Source: Phallusia mammillata
Lineage: Eukaryota
Length of the DNA stretch: 64,000 nt
Reading direction: 5' to 3'
NCBI GenBank assembly: GCA_965637545.1
Contig: OZ281494.1
Location: 11,966,001 to 12,030,000 of the forward strand
Shown: positions 37,401 to 52,400 of the stretch, piece by piece
Position numbering within the stretch: position 1 is the stretch's first letter
How the letters are laid out: each line of letters starts with the position of its first letter
Notes under the pieces: model-generated
The model's input: only the letters and a program-made list of their open reading frames with translations
Told to the model about the DNA's origin: nothing
Database searches by the model: none
Position numbers and translations under genes: made by a program

Positions 37401-40400
37401 AGAGTCCGGCTCACTCCAGCTTAGCTCTGCCTTTGGATGTGAGTGATTGAATTAATGTCATATTGGACGATCGCTGATGGCCCGGTGGTATGCGTTTGAT
37501 AAACAGCGGATAGATGAACGTACCTCAACGCTCTGTGTACCAACATACATTAAACAAGTTGTGTGGCCATGATTTACTCTTTGATGTTTCGTAAATTAGA
37601 CAGTATAGCCCCGAGCTGAAGGTATTGGTCGGGTGATACAACAACAAAATTGCCCTATTTTACCGAGAAACGTGTATCGACCTTTGGACTATGATTTTTC
37701 TGACTTTTTTAAATGCTATTATATATGTATGCTGTTTCTATGATAAATTTCCTTGAATCAATATACTTAGCGCAAAAACTTGTACTTACAACGATCGCAG
37801 ATTCGTTGCATCACTGAAGACGTGGCCAATCAGAGACGAAATTTTGTTGTCTTGTAATTCTCTGAAACAAAAATGCACATTTTAAAATTGTATTTTGCAC
37901 GACAATACAGCCCTGTTCCCATTGCAAGTTACAAATCTGGTTACAAACACGAACATTATTTGAAATAACAAAATTTGTGACCTTTATCTTTTATGAAAAA
38001 CAGGGAAAAACGAAAATGTGAGGATTTTTCATCACACCGAGCTTTGAGAGGTTATTAAGAAGTTAAGCCGAGAAAGAAAACAACTGCCATAAAGTAAAAA
38101 ATGGCACTTGAATTTCGAAAGTACGTGGACCATTCTCACAATCTATGACGTTCCGAGTAACTCCTTCATGCGCATCAAGGTGTAACACTTCTTACTTTTT
38201 GTAGTCCTAAAATGATTTTAATTTCGCTTCACATTAAAAACGCCGAGATCTTCGCGCTCTAATACTCATGCATCAAAGATCAAAGAAAACTCTCATAGTA
38301 TTCGATAACCCGGCAATGGTCGTCGATCTATTAATTTGAGGCGCGGAGACTGCGATCCGTGATGAGGTTTGGCGGGGAATGGTCGTCACCAGCACCCGGG
38401 GACGATTTGAACGCCGATCATTTGGGTTGCTAAGCAAACAAGGCTTTGTTGCGGAAAGCTGCTAAAATAACAAATGGTTTCTCTGCGGTTTGATGCATTG
38501 CGCACACAAACAACTCTGTTGTTTTATCGTTGGACGGCCTCACGCGGTGGTAATATATTTTTTTAATCGCGCCAAGCTTGTGGGCGATAGGGAGGCGGTG
38601 GTTCATTGCCAATTGCTCACATTGGCTTCAAACACAAAACAAGGACACCGATCGACTCGTAAAACCTTCAACAATTTAATCTTTTAACGCAGTGTTGTGA
38701 ATTGTGTTTGGGGTTAGTTTACCCAAAGGGATCCACTATTTTTGTTTTTTTCAAAATATCTTAGCGTTTTGACTTTACTATAACCTTGGTCGGGTTAAAA
38801 TGTTGAAATGTTTCACAGCAACATGTTAACTCAGTTGAATAGACAATATGTTTTGGAGAGACAACAAAAACCTTATCTTAACACTCGTTTAGGAAAACAA
38901 TCATAACGTTTCGATGGAACAATAATTCTGGTGTTTTTATGAGGTCTTGTTAACGACGCACCCAGTTCCACGGATTTGTCGATGCAATATACGGGTTAAG
39001 GTGGGGTGACATGTGTCATGCTAAACATGTCGTGAATCTATGAATTTCATCTGTCATTCCACGTTTTTATTTGTTTTTCATTTTATCCATGACGGTTTAT
39101 CATGTCAAGGATGTTCAATGTAGGAGTGCCGTGGCAAAGCAAAAATGTCACGTTATAACTTCATCGACCTAGCCCTATGTGTTGCTTTAGCAATTTTAAA
39201 CGGAAAAATAGGCCGTGTACTTTGTGGTAGACTGCATGTTGTGCTTTCTAAGACATTCGGTTCAAGATCAATCCCAAACGCATTCTTCCTAACGATGTTA
39301 TGTCTGCGAATGCGTGGGGTGTCATCACTTGTGGACAAAACACATTGAAACGCTCTGTCGCGCCGAGAAGTACATCGCATAGTGTCCTGTCCGTCTCCCT
39401 GTCTGTATGTTTTCACTAGCACCGTAAACAACGGACCAAATATTGCCTACAATACATGATTAATGTCACCGGAGCAGTTGAACAATGTCGTCCACTTCAC
39501 GCAACGAGCATTGACTTCCATTCGAGCGCCGCAATTCAAGATTATCCCCTGGTTAAATAATCGCGCACGGTGTGGGCCTTAAATCCCGGCCGCACCTGAC
39601 CCGACGAGATAAGCGCTACGGAAGCCACGTCGCTCGTCAGATTCGCGGAAATGAAGTCGAATATATATTTATTTATGCGCGCGCAGATGGGGGCGTCACT
39701 CAAACCGCCCTGCCAATTATCACAACATCCCAGGAGCGCACGGCAGGTCTACGTGGCGCCGCGTGTGGTCCTCCTCTTCTTTGAAAGGCGACACCGACAC
39801 GGAAAAGTCTCCGATTACGCGCAAAGGGTCAGTAATTATAACCAAAGCATATGGCAGCAAAGGTACAAGGTTGCCGTAAAAGTGAGTACTGTGGCCAGCA
39901 CTTGTTATGAAACTGGGTTCGGTGGGGTAAAGGAGTGAAGGGGACTGGGATCGTGTTGCAAATGTTGCTAACGAGGAAAGTTGACTTTGCATTGCGATCC
40001 TGGCGCCTGGTATGATGTTTGCGGTTTGTCTTTGTAAGTGGATTAGGGGAGAAGTCATCCAAAGCCATAAAAGGCATGCGTGCATTTTTATAGCCTTTCA
40101 ACCCAGGTTATACACCAAACATCACTCTGATACACTTTGGTCTTAAAACTTAGTTGCTTTTGGTCGACGAGAAACTTCATCTTTTTTAATCTTAGCATCA
40201 AAATTTTGAAGATAAGATCCTACCAAGTATACGAAAACAACATATGGCCGAATTTATTTGGTCTTGTTATTCTACTAGGAAGTAGTGTTAACCTTTTGAA
40301 ACAAACTGTGTTCACAATATGTTTTGTTCTCGAAATATCTCATGCATGTGTAGCACGGTGTTATTGTTTATTTCATCAGAAAACCTACAAATCGTTGCGT

Positions 40401-43400
40401 ATCTAACCATGAATCTAATACTGCCTGACAATACAACTGAAAGCGGCTGAAGATAAATTTCTTCGTGGTGAAAGGATACCCGGAAAGCCGGTAATGAACA
40501 ACCGACGCTTGTCACGACCTGAGGTGAACAAATAGCAAAACACTTGGCTTGTCGCTTTCATCAGCAACCGAAGCGCTGTCCATCACGTTATATTGACGTT
40601 TTGGTTCGAGAAAAACACATTATTTCATGGCGGTATTTGCTATGTTTGAAAGGCATAAACGGTTTCTGTTTCGGTAAAACAATTCCGGTCTGAAAATTTC
40701 ATGTTTTTGTGGTGTTGTTCGCTTATCTTTTTACAAATCCAATACGATCGATTTTGGACTTTTGTGTTTCTTTATAGCATTACAATTTTTGATTTGGTAA
40801 CACCACAATTTCATTAATCTGTTTTTTGGGACAATCAAATATCTGTGCGAAGTTATCACGGTAATGCAAAAAAATAGCTAAACAAGTTCGTTCTTTGGCG
40901 TTTATGTAAACAGTTCGTATTTCCTATAGTTAGCAACGGTTAGCTATTCAGATTAACAGATAAACCACTTAAGGGAGGAGGAGATTGTTGGGTTACTTTA
41001 GAATGAATAACGGACTTCAGTCAATCACCCAGGTCTGAAACATTTGAACACGAATCTCATTCATTTTCGACGAACACCTCTTGTGTGGGACAGATGTTTG
41101 TGTACATAAGATATCCTTGACCCACAAGGGTTGAAAATTCCCTGCGAGCCAGTCTATCGCGCGTTGACCCCTGTTTCAGTTGACTAATGTTCATTGGCGT
41201 CCCGGGCCAGTAGATTTGTAGCAGGTACGCGAAAACGTTCTTTCATGTCGGCCTATGCAATCCTGATGAATGAGGCATTAGAGCAGCAAGGTAGGAGATC
41301 GCCGAAGGGTGGAATGTCATAGAAACGCATTCAAAATGAGAAGCGCCTATCACTGTGGGCGAGCGTTTGGTTGACGCAATAAACAGCAACCGTTGCCATG
41401 GCGTACTTATGATACACATGTCATTCGTTTACCATTAAAGCTACACTGCAGCGGTACCTATCACAGGTTTGAATCGTATCGTTAGCCGGCCTTATGGTGA
41501 AAAGATGAGCTTTACATATTTATGACAGGGTAGTTAAAGTTGGTGCGGAATTCAGAGAAATAATAAGCGTTCCGAAAACGACCAATGAATGTAAATTCTA
41601 CATTGTGTAGGCTTGAACCATTATATACCTTTAACAAAATCCCCTCCTACCAAATCGTTGTTCCGAGTTGTATGTTTGGGCCGTTAATAATTCTGACAAC
41701 CCAAAGGTGTTTACTGACAACTATGACCGAAAAGTAGCATAAGTACGTCAATGGACCTCCCTACGGGCGATTCTGTATGCCATCCATTAATGTGCGGCTG
41801 GCGGATTACCTTGCGCATTTACATTAGCGACGAGCGTTTGCGTGGAGCCTAACGACCGAAAGGAAACCATCAGAAGACTGGGAAAAAGCCCAGTGCTGCA
41901 AACGGACAAACTGCAAAGGACCGCACACTCGCTGCCGTACTGTACAGAATTGCTCCCCAGTGACTAGGTATAAGTAAAGTGGCTTCCTTTCTCCATATGA
42001 TCGGTCTATTTTCAGCCGCCGTACACCCACAGAGAATTGAAGTGTGAAACGATGGCTTGTGGACAGTTTAAGCAACCAAAACCTGGCGGGCATAAAGATC
42101 TAAGTCAAAGTCCGAAATCCCACATTTGCTTAATCCAATCCTAATGTTGTGACCAGAAGACCTTTGAATGCTGCGCGTCCGTCCAAAATCACGTGTTTAT
42201 GTGCCATGCTGCTTACATTATAATTTGCAATCGCATGCCTCACAAGCTTTGTCACAACCGTGCCTTGCTGAGGTCCCCCAAATCCCAGCAAAGCATGACA
42301 GGACAACTTGGCAAAATCGAGCGCGGTTGTGGACAATTGGAACAGCAACAACCGTAACCAATGTAACGCTCCGCAGGGGCTAAGTTTAAATTTGGGAAGC
42401 AATTTACGCTATACTGCGACCTGTGCTACGGACTTACAGTGTTTCCAATTTTCCGAGCCCTGTGAAGGATGCGTGATCCAGTGTTGTCAACTTGTTCCCG
42501 CTGATGATTCTATAAAAAAAAGTGCTGTTACATAAGATTTAGCCATTTCATCCTAAGGTCCTAAATTTGTGTCTGCTCTTGGCAAATTGGAACATTTTTT
42601 GAAGCACCAAAGTAGGGGGTACGACAGTCAATGTGAAATTATACATTATTTAGGCATATTTGTGAAGAATGCGTAACAAGTACGAGAAAATATCATGAAA
42701 ACTCAAGGGGTACAAGCGCTAAAAAGGTTAAGAAACACTGACCTAGACAATGTTATATTAGTTTACCAAACAGTTCACATTGTCGAGTTCTTTTATTTTT
42801 AAAGTTAAGGGAGCCTGGCAAATGCAGAGTCTGTTTAAGCTTGTTTTCACTACTTTTCTTCCGCAATACAGAACCCGGTAAGACTTAAATGACAAGGAAT
42901 TGTTTATTGATTTAGGCCCTTCATAACAGGATAATCATATCGAATACTGGTTTTGTAATACAACGCTCAGCGTACAAATAAAGTCAACATGACCGTTTCC
43001 ACAAAAGGATATTTATCAAACAGATCAATGTGCGATACCCCAACCAAGCTTTGAACGAGGCGGTTCCCGATAAAACTGAATGTACAAACTCCGGACAGGA
43101 TTTCTTTGGACCGGATTAAGAAAATTTATGGTGTCGGTCACAAGGGGCTCGAAAAACTTTATCGGCGCCACCAGTTAAGTTGTATTTATGGCCAACACCC
43201 GGTTGTGAATTGCTACACAGTACAAGCCAGGTGCAAATCTGTGCTACACACGGTTAACGATTTATCACGTTAAAGATGAGTGAGCACCTTCGTGCCTTTA
43301 CCGATTTAACGAATCTTCGCAAACAAACGCGATAATTTATGTCATTTTGATATTTGTTTTTCAACACGTAGACATGCCTGTACACCTGTGTACGTGTTTC

Positions 43401-46400
43401 ACATGCATTTGTTGGTAAAGTTTCGGAGCATTTAGCCAATTACCAGTTCAAACACATGTCTTGGTATGGATGTTTAAAAGGTATTTCAAACGCTTATTAT
43501 TTCATGGGAAGAGTTTGTAAGTATTTCTATATAATGTTGGAGTAAGTCCAAATCACACGGAACTAAAAACCACCAAAAACAAACTTTAGTGTACAATTCG
43601 ATGTACAGCAACAATTATGCAGCTGGATTAACGACTTTGTGCATTCTGCTTGGCAAGCATTGGAAATACTTGTGGCAGAGCTCACACTCTGGTCAGTAAA
43701 CACTGTAACTTACAACTGTTGTAGGAGCTATAAAATCCACTTAGCCTTTTCCAGTGTGTACATTGTACATATAGGCATACCATGGCGTACAAGTGCATGG
43801 TAAATTTGCTATATACTTGTGCTGTTTGCTTATTGAGCCAGGTTTACGAAGGGCTGAAAATCGTTGACCAGTTTGCGGTATTCCCAGGCTCCTGCACCAG
43901 CAAAAAGTTTGATAAGGGCGTTATGGCTGCGTGAAGCCAAAAAGATGCACAGGACCGTAAAAACGATTTTCACATTTGCAGTTGCCGCATACTTTTTTGA
44001 GCGTGACCTAACCGCGTAAAAGAAAACGTAGAAAATGGCATGGTATCCACCAGCACAGTCGAGATCTCTTGACTTGTATTAACTGCGTTTAAAAAGGTTA
44101 TTATGGACATTTGACGTAATGTCTCTTTTTGAGGGATTTTGATGCTTGTTTCCATGAATTTCTTGTAATAATACTTATTTGTTCAGGGGTTCCATACTTG
44201 TATTTCCGAAGTTGCACTTGGCTAAAATGTAAACAAAAGTAAGAACTTTTAAAAACCAGCTATATATAGAACTGAATGAATGTCGGGATTTGGTAAACAC
44301 GGCGTCGCTCCCTAGCGAATTTTTCAAATCATCAGTTTTCTCCAATGTAAAACGGTCGCAGGAACAAGTTATGAGTCAACTGTCCCGTCTCCAAGCACAG
44401 ACACACGTAAAAACTTAAAACCAAGTTGTCTTATTATTCTGGATCCTTGCAGTTTAGGCACCAAATTTTCCTTTTCCAATTGAGCTGAACTTTGGTAGAT
44501 ACAGGACATTTGTTCTACTCAAGAACGTCAATTACTAATGTGAGTCATTTTGACATTCCCAGCTGTTCCACTACTGGTATCTGATTACTCGGGCTGTTCT
44601 CAGGCGGTGACAGAGCAATATTTGGAGGTAACAATTTCAGTAAGGGCGCACGTCAAGAAATAGAGACAAAATCGCCACTTTTAAGCAAAGCAAATTACAT
44701 GTAAGGCCTCCGTTTGTAATCCAGTAAAGGTTTTTGAATGTCAAGAAAAGCTGCAATTTTCGCGCTGACGTAATTCAACTGTCTGGATCTTTTCTCCATA
44801 GTAGCTGAAAAAGGGGCCGCGCATGGTGCGTCAATCTACTTGTGCCAAATATCAAAATCAAGATGCCGTTTTACGGCCTTGTTTTCCCGGTGGGTTTAGA
44901 TATGAAATTTCAGCCAGTGAAGTACGTTCCGTTCTTTTCAACAACTATTTGTGCCCCGGAGTCGTAACATTTAAGGCACTAAATGCGGCATGTACATTCT
45001 TTTTATATCCGTTACAGCCTGTTTTGTCATTGCACATCGTTTTTGTTGATGGAAACGTTTTTTGGTAAACAAAATTGTTTTCCTGTAGGTATAATGGACA
45101 TTATTGAAATAGAGTAAGGATTTTCTTCTTATTCTTTAATATAGTTTTACATTTATTGCTTGGAACGACTCTATCTTTTTCATAACTAGTAATATAAAAT
45201 GGATGCATGCATTTAGCTTACAAGTATTTATAATTGGGTCTTGACCTATGCTTGCTACTACATGCATTCTACACAGTCGTATAGGTTGCTTTTAATTACA
45301 TTGAGGTTACGTTCGGTACGACAGCGGGAATGTCATACACGCACCGTCTCCTATGCCCCGACGCAATGTCTACTGGAGGAATCTTTCTTCCTCCATGCCT
45401 GCCGGACGCCCGGCTGTTTGTTATTAAAAGTTTGAACGAAATCTTTGGGGAAATGTGCGCGACCATCAAAGGCGCTGTAATGCTTTTACTCTGGACGGCT
45501 CTTGTGGACGGTGCCTTCAGGTTTACTGAAATTTCGCGTCGAATCCCTTAACGATGCCACACGATAGGGATTAATGGACAGAGGGTAATGTATTCTCAGC
45601 GACCATACACTGCTATAGACAAGTATCAACTTGTTGAGATGTTACTGAATTTTGATTTGTGCAACTAACCAAACAGCACACGTTGCCTTATGTTGGACAT
45701 GTGTTAATGGTCACATATATTTTCGAGCTGGGCGTCTCAGTCTGGCACTACCGTTTACCTACAGGCCTGTAGCAGCTGACAACTAGACGGCAATACTCTG
45801 TAAAATTGTTTTCATTCAGGTTAAATTTTTTTGGGAGAAATGTTATTTAAAACAAAAAATCGGGTTGGTGAGATGGTTGACAAGCCCTTGGTTCAACTTA
45901 AAAACAACTTTCAGTGCAGAGTTGCAAGCGGGGCCGAACCCGGCCCAAACCCGAAAGTATAAGCCCGAAACCCGGCCCGAACCCGAAACGTTTTTGCAAA
46001 GCCCGTTTAGGCCCGAAATTTTGATTGAGAGGCCTATCCACGAAAGCCTTGCAACAAAGGATGAGAAAGAAAAAAGAGAAAGACAACAAACACAATGAAC
46101 AATAGTAGACAATGGGGTAAACAATACATTTTAGAGGAGGTGGGGCATTAGGTCAAAGCCAGAGAATTGTTACTTAGCTGAGTGATTTTATTTAAAAAAC
46201 AATGGCGGACACGGAACGTAAAGTTAGGCCCGTTTTGAGCCCGTTTTCTCAGAAATACCTAAGCCCGGACCGGGCCCGAACCCGGCCCGAACCCGGCCCG
46301 AACCCGGCCCGACTTGCAACTCTGTTGCAGTGGTCCTTTTGAAAACGATTATATGTAAATGCTTGTCACTACAAACCGTATTAAGACTGAGACTCAATGA

Positions 46401-49400
46401 GGCAAACTGTCAAATTTCAATAGTGAATTGCCAACTATTGAAATTAAGCGGAATTAATCGCTCAAGGTTTCGAGTATAGCTACTTCTGAACAATGCACTA
46501 TTATTCCAGTGTACTTAATTTCTTGAGGGCAATCCAATGATCGTAAGTGGACTTTGAGTTCAAAATACAATAATAATGGGGTTACCTCATTGGTACTCGG
46601 AAATGAAAACACTCATGCGTTATTCGCTGCTAGATTTTTATTAAATATGTTAAGATACGATTTTTATTAAATATGTTGATAAACTTCTTCCCGACTACTA
46701 CAGGCATAAAATCACCAATAGTTTTCAGATATCAGATACTTACAGTGTTTTTAGAAAGTGAAGATCGTTAAATGCTTTCGGTGATATTTCCACAATGTTG
46801 TTTACTTCAAGATTTCTGAAAACAAAATGTACAATTTATTTATTATAAGATTCTATACCAGTGGTTCTCAAACTTTTTCATTATTTTTTCAAAACGGTCC
46901 CTTTGCCATTATTTCGAGGTCTCGCGGCCTTAAAATGTATTTGAGAAAAACGAAAGTTGATTGCAGGATTTTAGCTTGTTATGCAAAATTGCGCATAACA
47001 ATTACGATTGTGCGCGAACAATTGCATTTTTGTTAGTTTCATGCAATAAAGACTTGTGTTTAGCAATGGAGACAGTCGATTCTACTTTGATTTAAACTTA
47101 TTTAGTGGCACAAACTGCCGCAAAATAAGATTATAGAATTACTTCAGCCTTTTCGCGGTCCACCCAAAATTGCCTTACGGACCCCAAAAGGGCCGCGGAC
47201 CCCAGTTTGAAAACCGCTGTTCTATACTATTGGGCAAAACAATGTGACGTCTTTGCTACAGTCTTGTATAAAAAGGAGAAAAAACAAAATTCAATCTGAA
47301 CTCCATTATGTATTTATTAGCAAAAACAACAACACTGCCTAGTATTTCAGAAAGACCACATTGTGGGCAAACCTTCGGACCACAAAACCACAAACGAGCT
47401 GCTGTGCCAAGCAATATTGACGCAATAACAACATGACAGAAATACGAACAGGCGCAGGTAGGCTTCGTCTGATGTCTGCTTCTGTGATCAGAGCATCAAA
47501 ACAAACGTGGACCAGCACAGCCGACAGGGAGTCAACAGAATTGACCTTCTAACGGCTTTGATGGGTTTTTTAAGCCTGCATCAACAACGCGCTTTACTTC
47601 AAAGGTTTTTTATCAGGCTTTATTGGCTTGTAGTATCAGAAAGACACGCTGCGGCGAATTTGCACAAAACAAATCTATTACCAACAGGATTTCAACAGGT
47701 GTGAATGCGTGCTTTCTTGTGTAAACTATGGACCTTGAGATTGTCGGCCGTTGTTGCCTAAAGAAACCTTGGGCAAAGCCGGCAAAGAACGCATTTTCTT
47801 CATAGTTTTTTGCACAAAACTATCTCTAGGTTGGACGCTGTATCCATAATGTCGAATTTCGGCCTGTATAACCCTAAGTTATCAATTCATATTCAGCGAG
47901 CTATAACGTTCGCGTGCGCGTTTGGAAAGCAATTTCCGTTTTGACAAAAGCCGCACACATTATTCAGCGATCCCCAACTAAAGAGTTGTCGCAAAGCTTC
48001 ATGCCACTCATTGGATAATATGTTCTCGATTTTAACCACATGACTTATCCAATCCATACTGAAGTTGTGAGACTTGAAGAATATATAACATTGTTTGATA
48101 AAGACTTGCCAGGTTAAACGGAAAATATTTTATTGTCATTGGGTTTAAATTTAATCGTTTATTTTTGTACATTTATTGTTGTCATAGTGATAGTCAAACA
48201 AACAACCCAAACGGATTTGATATAAAAGTTACATTCACACAATCGCAACTACATGGTTATATGCTACGTTTTCAACAGTTCCATCAAACAGTCAATCCCT
48301 AAATTATTTTCAGACAAATATACGAAAGAAAAGTGACAACCAAAGCAGGTCGATGTATCTGATAACTTCTGACCAAACAATTGACGGAAGACACTTAAAT
48401 CCAAAGTTGGAGTCTGAAGATCAATTGTTTAGCTGAAGCCTCTGTCTGTTGTAGCTTAAAAGTGGGGTATGTAAGATATCCTAGATTCAACATATTGTCA
48501 CCCAGGCGCTCAGAAGCGTGATATGTTATGATGCGCGCCTGCCAGTGAACTCGCACGCAACTGTGAGGCGAGATTTTTTTGAAGAACTTCGATGTGGGTA
48601 TTTAAGTTTAACAATAGCATATTTAAATTCATGATGCTGTTTATTTACTTTATTTATAACACCGACGAGTGATACTTCGCCTTGAAATTGCTTTCCTGTG
48701 TTTTGATTTTCCTCTTATGTGATCCCTCTTTGAATTTGAAAATTTGTGGCCACTACCAAACCTTGGAAGTATGAGTAAGTTCAAAGTTATTTTATCTCTA
48801 AAAATCTGCGTAGGTTTACGCCCCAAATTTCCACAACTCCAGCTGGGCATTCAGAATTGTATCGAGATAAGCGCAACTTGGGTGTGAAGAAACGGGGGAT
48901 TTTGTTACTGTCGACGGAGAAGATTAACAACTTGGGTGAGTCGTCCCCGTCGATCAGCGATCGTCAAACAACTCGGGATTATACGGATTAGCACCACACA
49001 GACCGTGTCGCAAGTGAGAGACAGCACAATGGATCCAAGTGCGAAAATCATCCTCAGGTTACCCCGGGTGTTCGGCAATTTGATACGAACGTGATGAGAC
49101 GATACCATTGCCTACTGGTATGAACTTGGTTGGCGTTCAGGCAGTTCAAAGAGCAGCCGCGTAGTGTGGAAAGAAGTGTCTACCGACTTTGATACAGTGT
49201 GAAACCTTTGATACATAAAGTGAAGTGTGAAACCGACAGGCCCCAAACCATAACGACCCTTTTGTGGAGATATTCACACAAAGGCCAGGCGTCGTATGTC
49301 TGTCAACTAACCGCGTTTTTTATGTGTGAGCAAGACTGACGACATGTGTTGACAAGCACGGTTTACCATCCTTTTCCTCGTGGAATATAGTTCGACCATT

Positions 49401-52400
49401 TTCCTGTGCAACTCAAGCCTCTTCGCACGCAGACTTAAAGTCACCCTTCATTAGATATGGCGGAAAACAAACCCTTATATAGCAAGCTTCTATTTTACGA
49501 AAAATCGCAACAAATTGAGCAAGGCATCGTGGTTGTGATCGGATCGTAGCGAACACAAAACGTGATCATCACAATATCGTGACCCAACATAAAACAAACT
49601 CGTTTATAAATCCGGATTAAAACTTGGCTACATTCTCTTTTCGCGCTTTGCTTGACCACATTTGTTGATGATGACGCGCCTTTCTCTCGGTAACTAACGG
49701 GTAATTTGTTTATCAAAGTTATATAAATTCCTCGAAAATTTTAATTTGAAGACGATCGGGGTCAACGACTAATAAACAAAGAATACTTTCAAATACATAA
49801 CTTTAACATCTAAGCAGGGAATAACAGTTCGAACTTCGAATCTTGTCACTTCATCTGCAGATTGTCAATAGCCATCAGAACACTTTAAATGTAGGGTTTG
49901 ATGCGGTGAATGATATTCAAAAGATGTAGTAGAGTATTAGGCAGTGTTTTTAAAATGCACACAAGAGCCAATTCATAACTCTGAAAACCTGTTCTTCTTA
50001 CAACACAACGATTTAGGTTAAAAGGCAGTTGCATCGCATAAAACAACGCACAATGCATAAGTACATACAATAGAATTTGTGAAACTTCAATTTAACTCAA
50101 TTACTTGTATTTTTGTTTAGTGATTCGGTGTTAAAAAAGACAATGTGAGGAATTGGAGTAATAAAATAATTTATTTGCAAAATTTGTTTGCTGGGAAACA
50201 AACATTTGCACCCATATGGGTTTAATTTTCCGCAAACAGTTTTCTCAGATCAGACTTAACGGTTGCACGCTTATTGCAGTGGTCCTGTGACCCAGAACAC
50301 TACCATGGCGCCTTGTGCACCTGTTTGTGGCGCCGCGACGTTGCGCGAGTGCGAATGACAACAAATTAAAGGTTGCCAATCGAACACCACTCGGCGTTTG
50401 ATCGCGCAAAGCCTTTGTTCTTCCAGCGAGAATCAAAACGGACGCAATCCGTCCAAAACAGATTTCGTTGCTGGTTTTAAGGATTTTCAGTGTCCTCTGT
50501 TAAATCACCGAAATTTGCTCACGGCGAGCATAGATTGACGTGAGTTGAATACTATTTAGCGCTTGACGCCGGCTTACGAAGTGACGTCATACCTTCTCTT
50601 ATCAAATACGAGTGATGGATCGGTAAGGCATCTTCCGTTTCGTCGAAAAGTAGGTTATAAGGCTACGGGGAAGAACTATAACGCGCCTACGAGATCAACT
50701 TTACCGGTTACGCAAGCTAAATTTGTTTCATTTCGTTAAAACGTGTTTTTGTAATATATCCAAACAGGCAAAAAAGCTTTTCTATGTCCAATTCGATGTT
50801 TATCAGAACCTTGACGGTTGAATGTTCAAATTTCAACTTCCTGCGTTTACGTAAAAAGAAATTATGGTGACACTTGCACGGCGATTTCAGACGTTTCTTC
50901 AATATTACCACAAAACAACAACAACGGAAATGCCTGGGGCTTTAGGTTGTAAATCGTCTGACGACAGCGGGGGTCGCAAATGACCGATAGGAGGCGACGG
51001 CGTTGACGGAAGCGGTAAACACTTTACCAGTAGGATTTGCGCTGTTGGCGACAGACGACGCACCCAGCGAAATAACTTGTAAATCACAGGCCTAAGTGTC
51101 GGGGCAAACAAACCGGCGATCGGTAAATGGAAAATCCGCGTTGGCTGCTGAATGGTAAGTTGGTGTTTACCCGTTCGACTCCCACCTCGCACAAACGTAC
51201 ACTGAAACGTGCGACTGCTAACTCAATCAGCTGGATTTCGGCACGTAAACCACGTTTAGAGTGAGTACATTATCGTGCTGACCGCAAATTTATTGTGATC
51301 ACAGCTATAAACTACTTCATCTACTGTTATACGCCAACCTCATGTAGCCAAACTTACATGCTTGCCGTTTTAGTTCGTAAATCCAATGGCAAAGTGATGA
51401 TACTTTTCGTCTTCTCTCAGTGTCAAGGACTTTGGAAAACTTTAGGTTTTGTGCGTTAGTGTGCATACGACGTAAAGGAAATTACACTGCGTTTGTGGTT
51501 TCCCAAATCAGTCCTTTGCTGACAAATTGTCAAATCAAAACAGCTCTAATTGTGACTGAGGGTTTTCAGGATAGGTTTGTGAAAACTGTGACTATAGATT
51601 GATCGATTGGGGTCCTACTGTTGTGAACAGCGCGTGAGAATTTAATTCAAGCCTCTTGGTCTCCCACAGAGTTTGCGCATGTGGAGAGGGCCGTGGACCT
51701 TTCCCCTTCATTTCATCTGCTTCCGAGAGCAGAGACGCCGGCGCCAAACCGCCTGGTGCTCGACGTTTGCGGTCCAATGAGCAACGACCACTACTGCTGG
51801 GCGAGTCGGCGTGTTTTTAATTTCGATGTTTACTTCCCAATGTGCAGCATCCAAACAATGCTTATCGGCAATGCCTATGATAACAGCCGTGTAAAAGACG
51901 TTGGTCCAATTTTAAGAAGTTTACAAGAAGCAAAGCTACAGAAAATTTGAACTGCGGTGGTATCCAACCGATGGCAACAGTATGTTCGTGATGGCTTTCT
52001 ACAATATGAGCAAAACTGTCGTGTCAATTCCGATTTAGGCAAATACCATATAATCGAGTAAGCGTGCTGACTTTTAGTGGCCCCTTCTGTTTACAACACA
52101 AAGTTAATAGCAGATCTATGTAGTTTTGTCAACATTGGGAAGGGACACTGCATGTTATGAGCCATAATGTCTGCCCCGACCACTCCCACTGACAAATAAC
52201 AACATCGACGTATTTTTGTCGCTTCAAGGCGTATTCCAAGATGTTTAACACAACACGACCTTCAAACGACATTGGTCCCGAGCATCAAACGCGCATTTTG
52301 TTTCATGTCTTCGTTCCATTGACCAGTTATAGCGCCTTACGGGTCAACGCCTTTGTCGCAATAAACACACCATGTGAGCATTATGTTCAATTGACGCGGT

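Noticed and set aside
40471-43012. U12-type 5' splice motifs RTATCCTTT on the LGR sense strand (40471-40479, 43004-43012), and ATATCCTT at ~2523
   Set aside because: No associated exons or U12 branch sites; the count is compatible with chance in AT-rich DNA.
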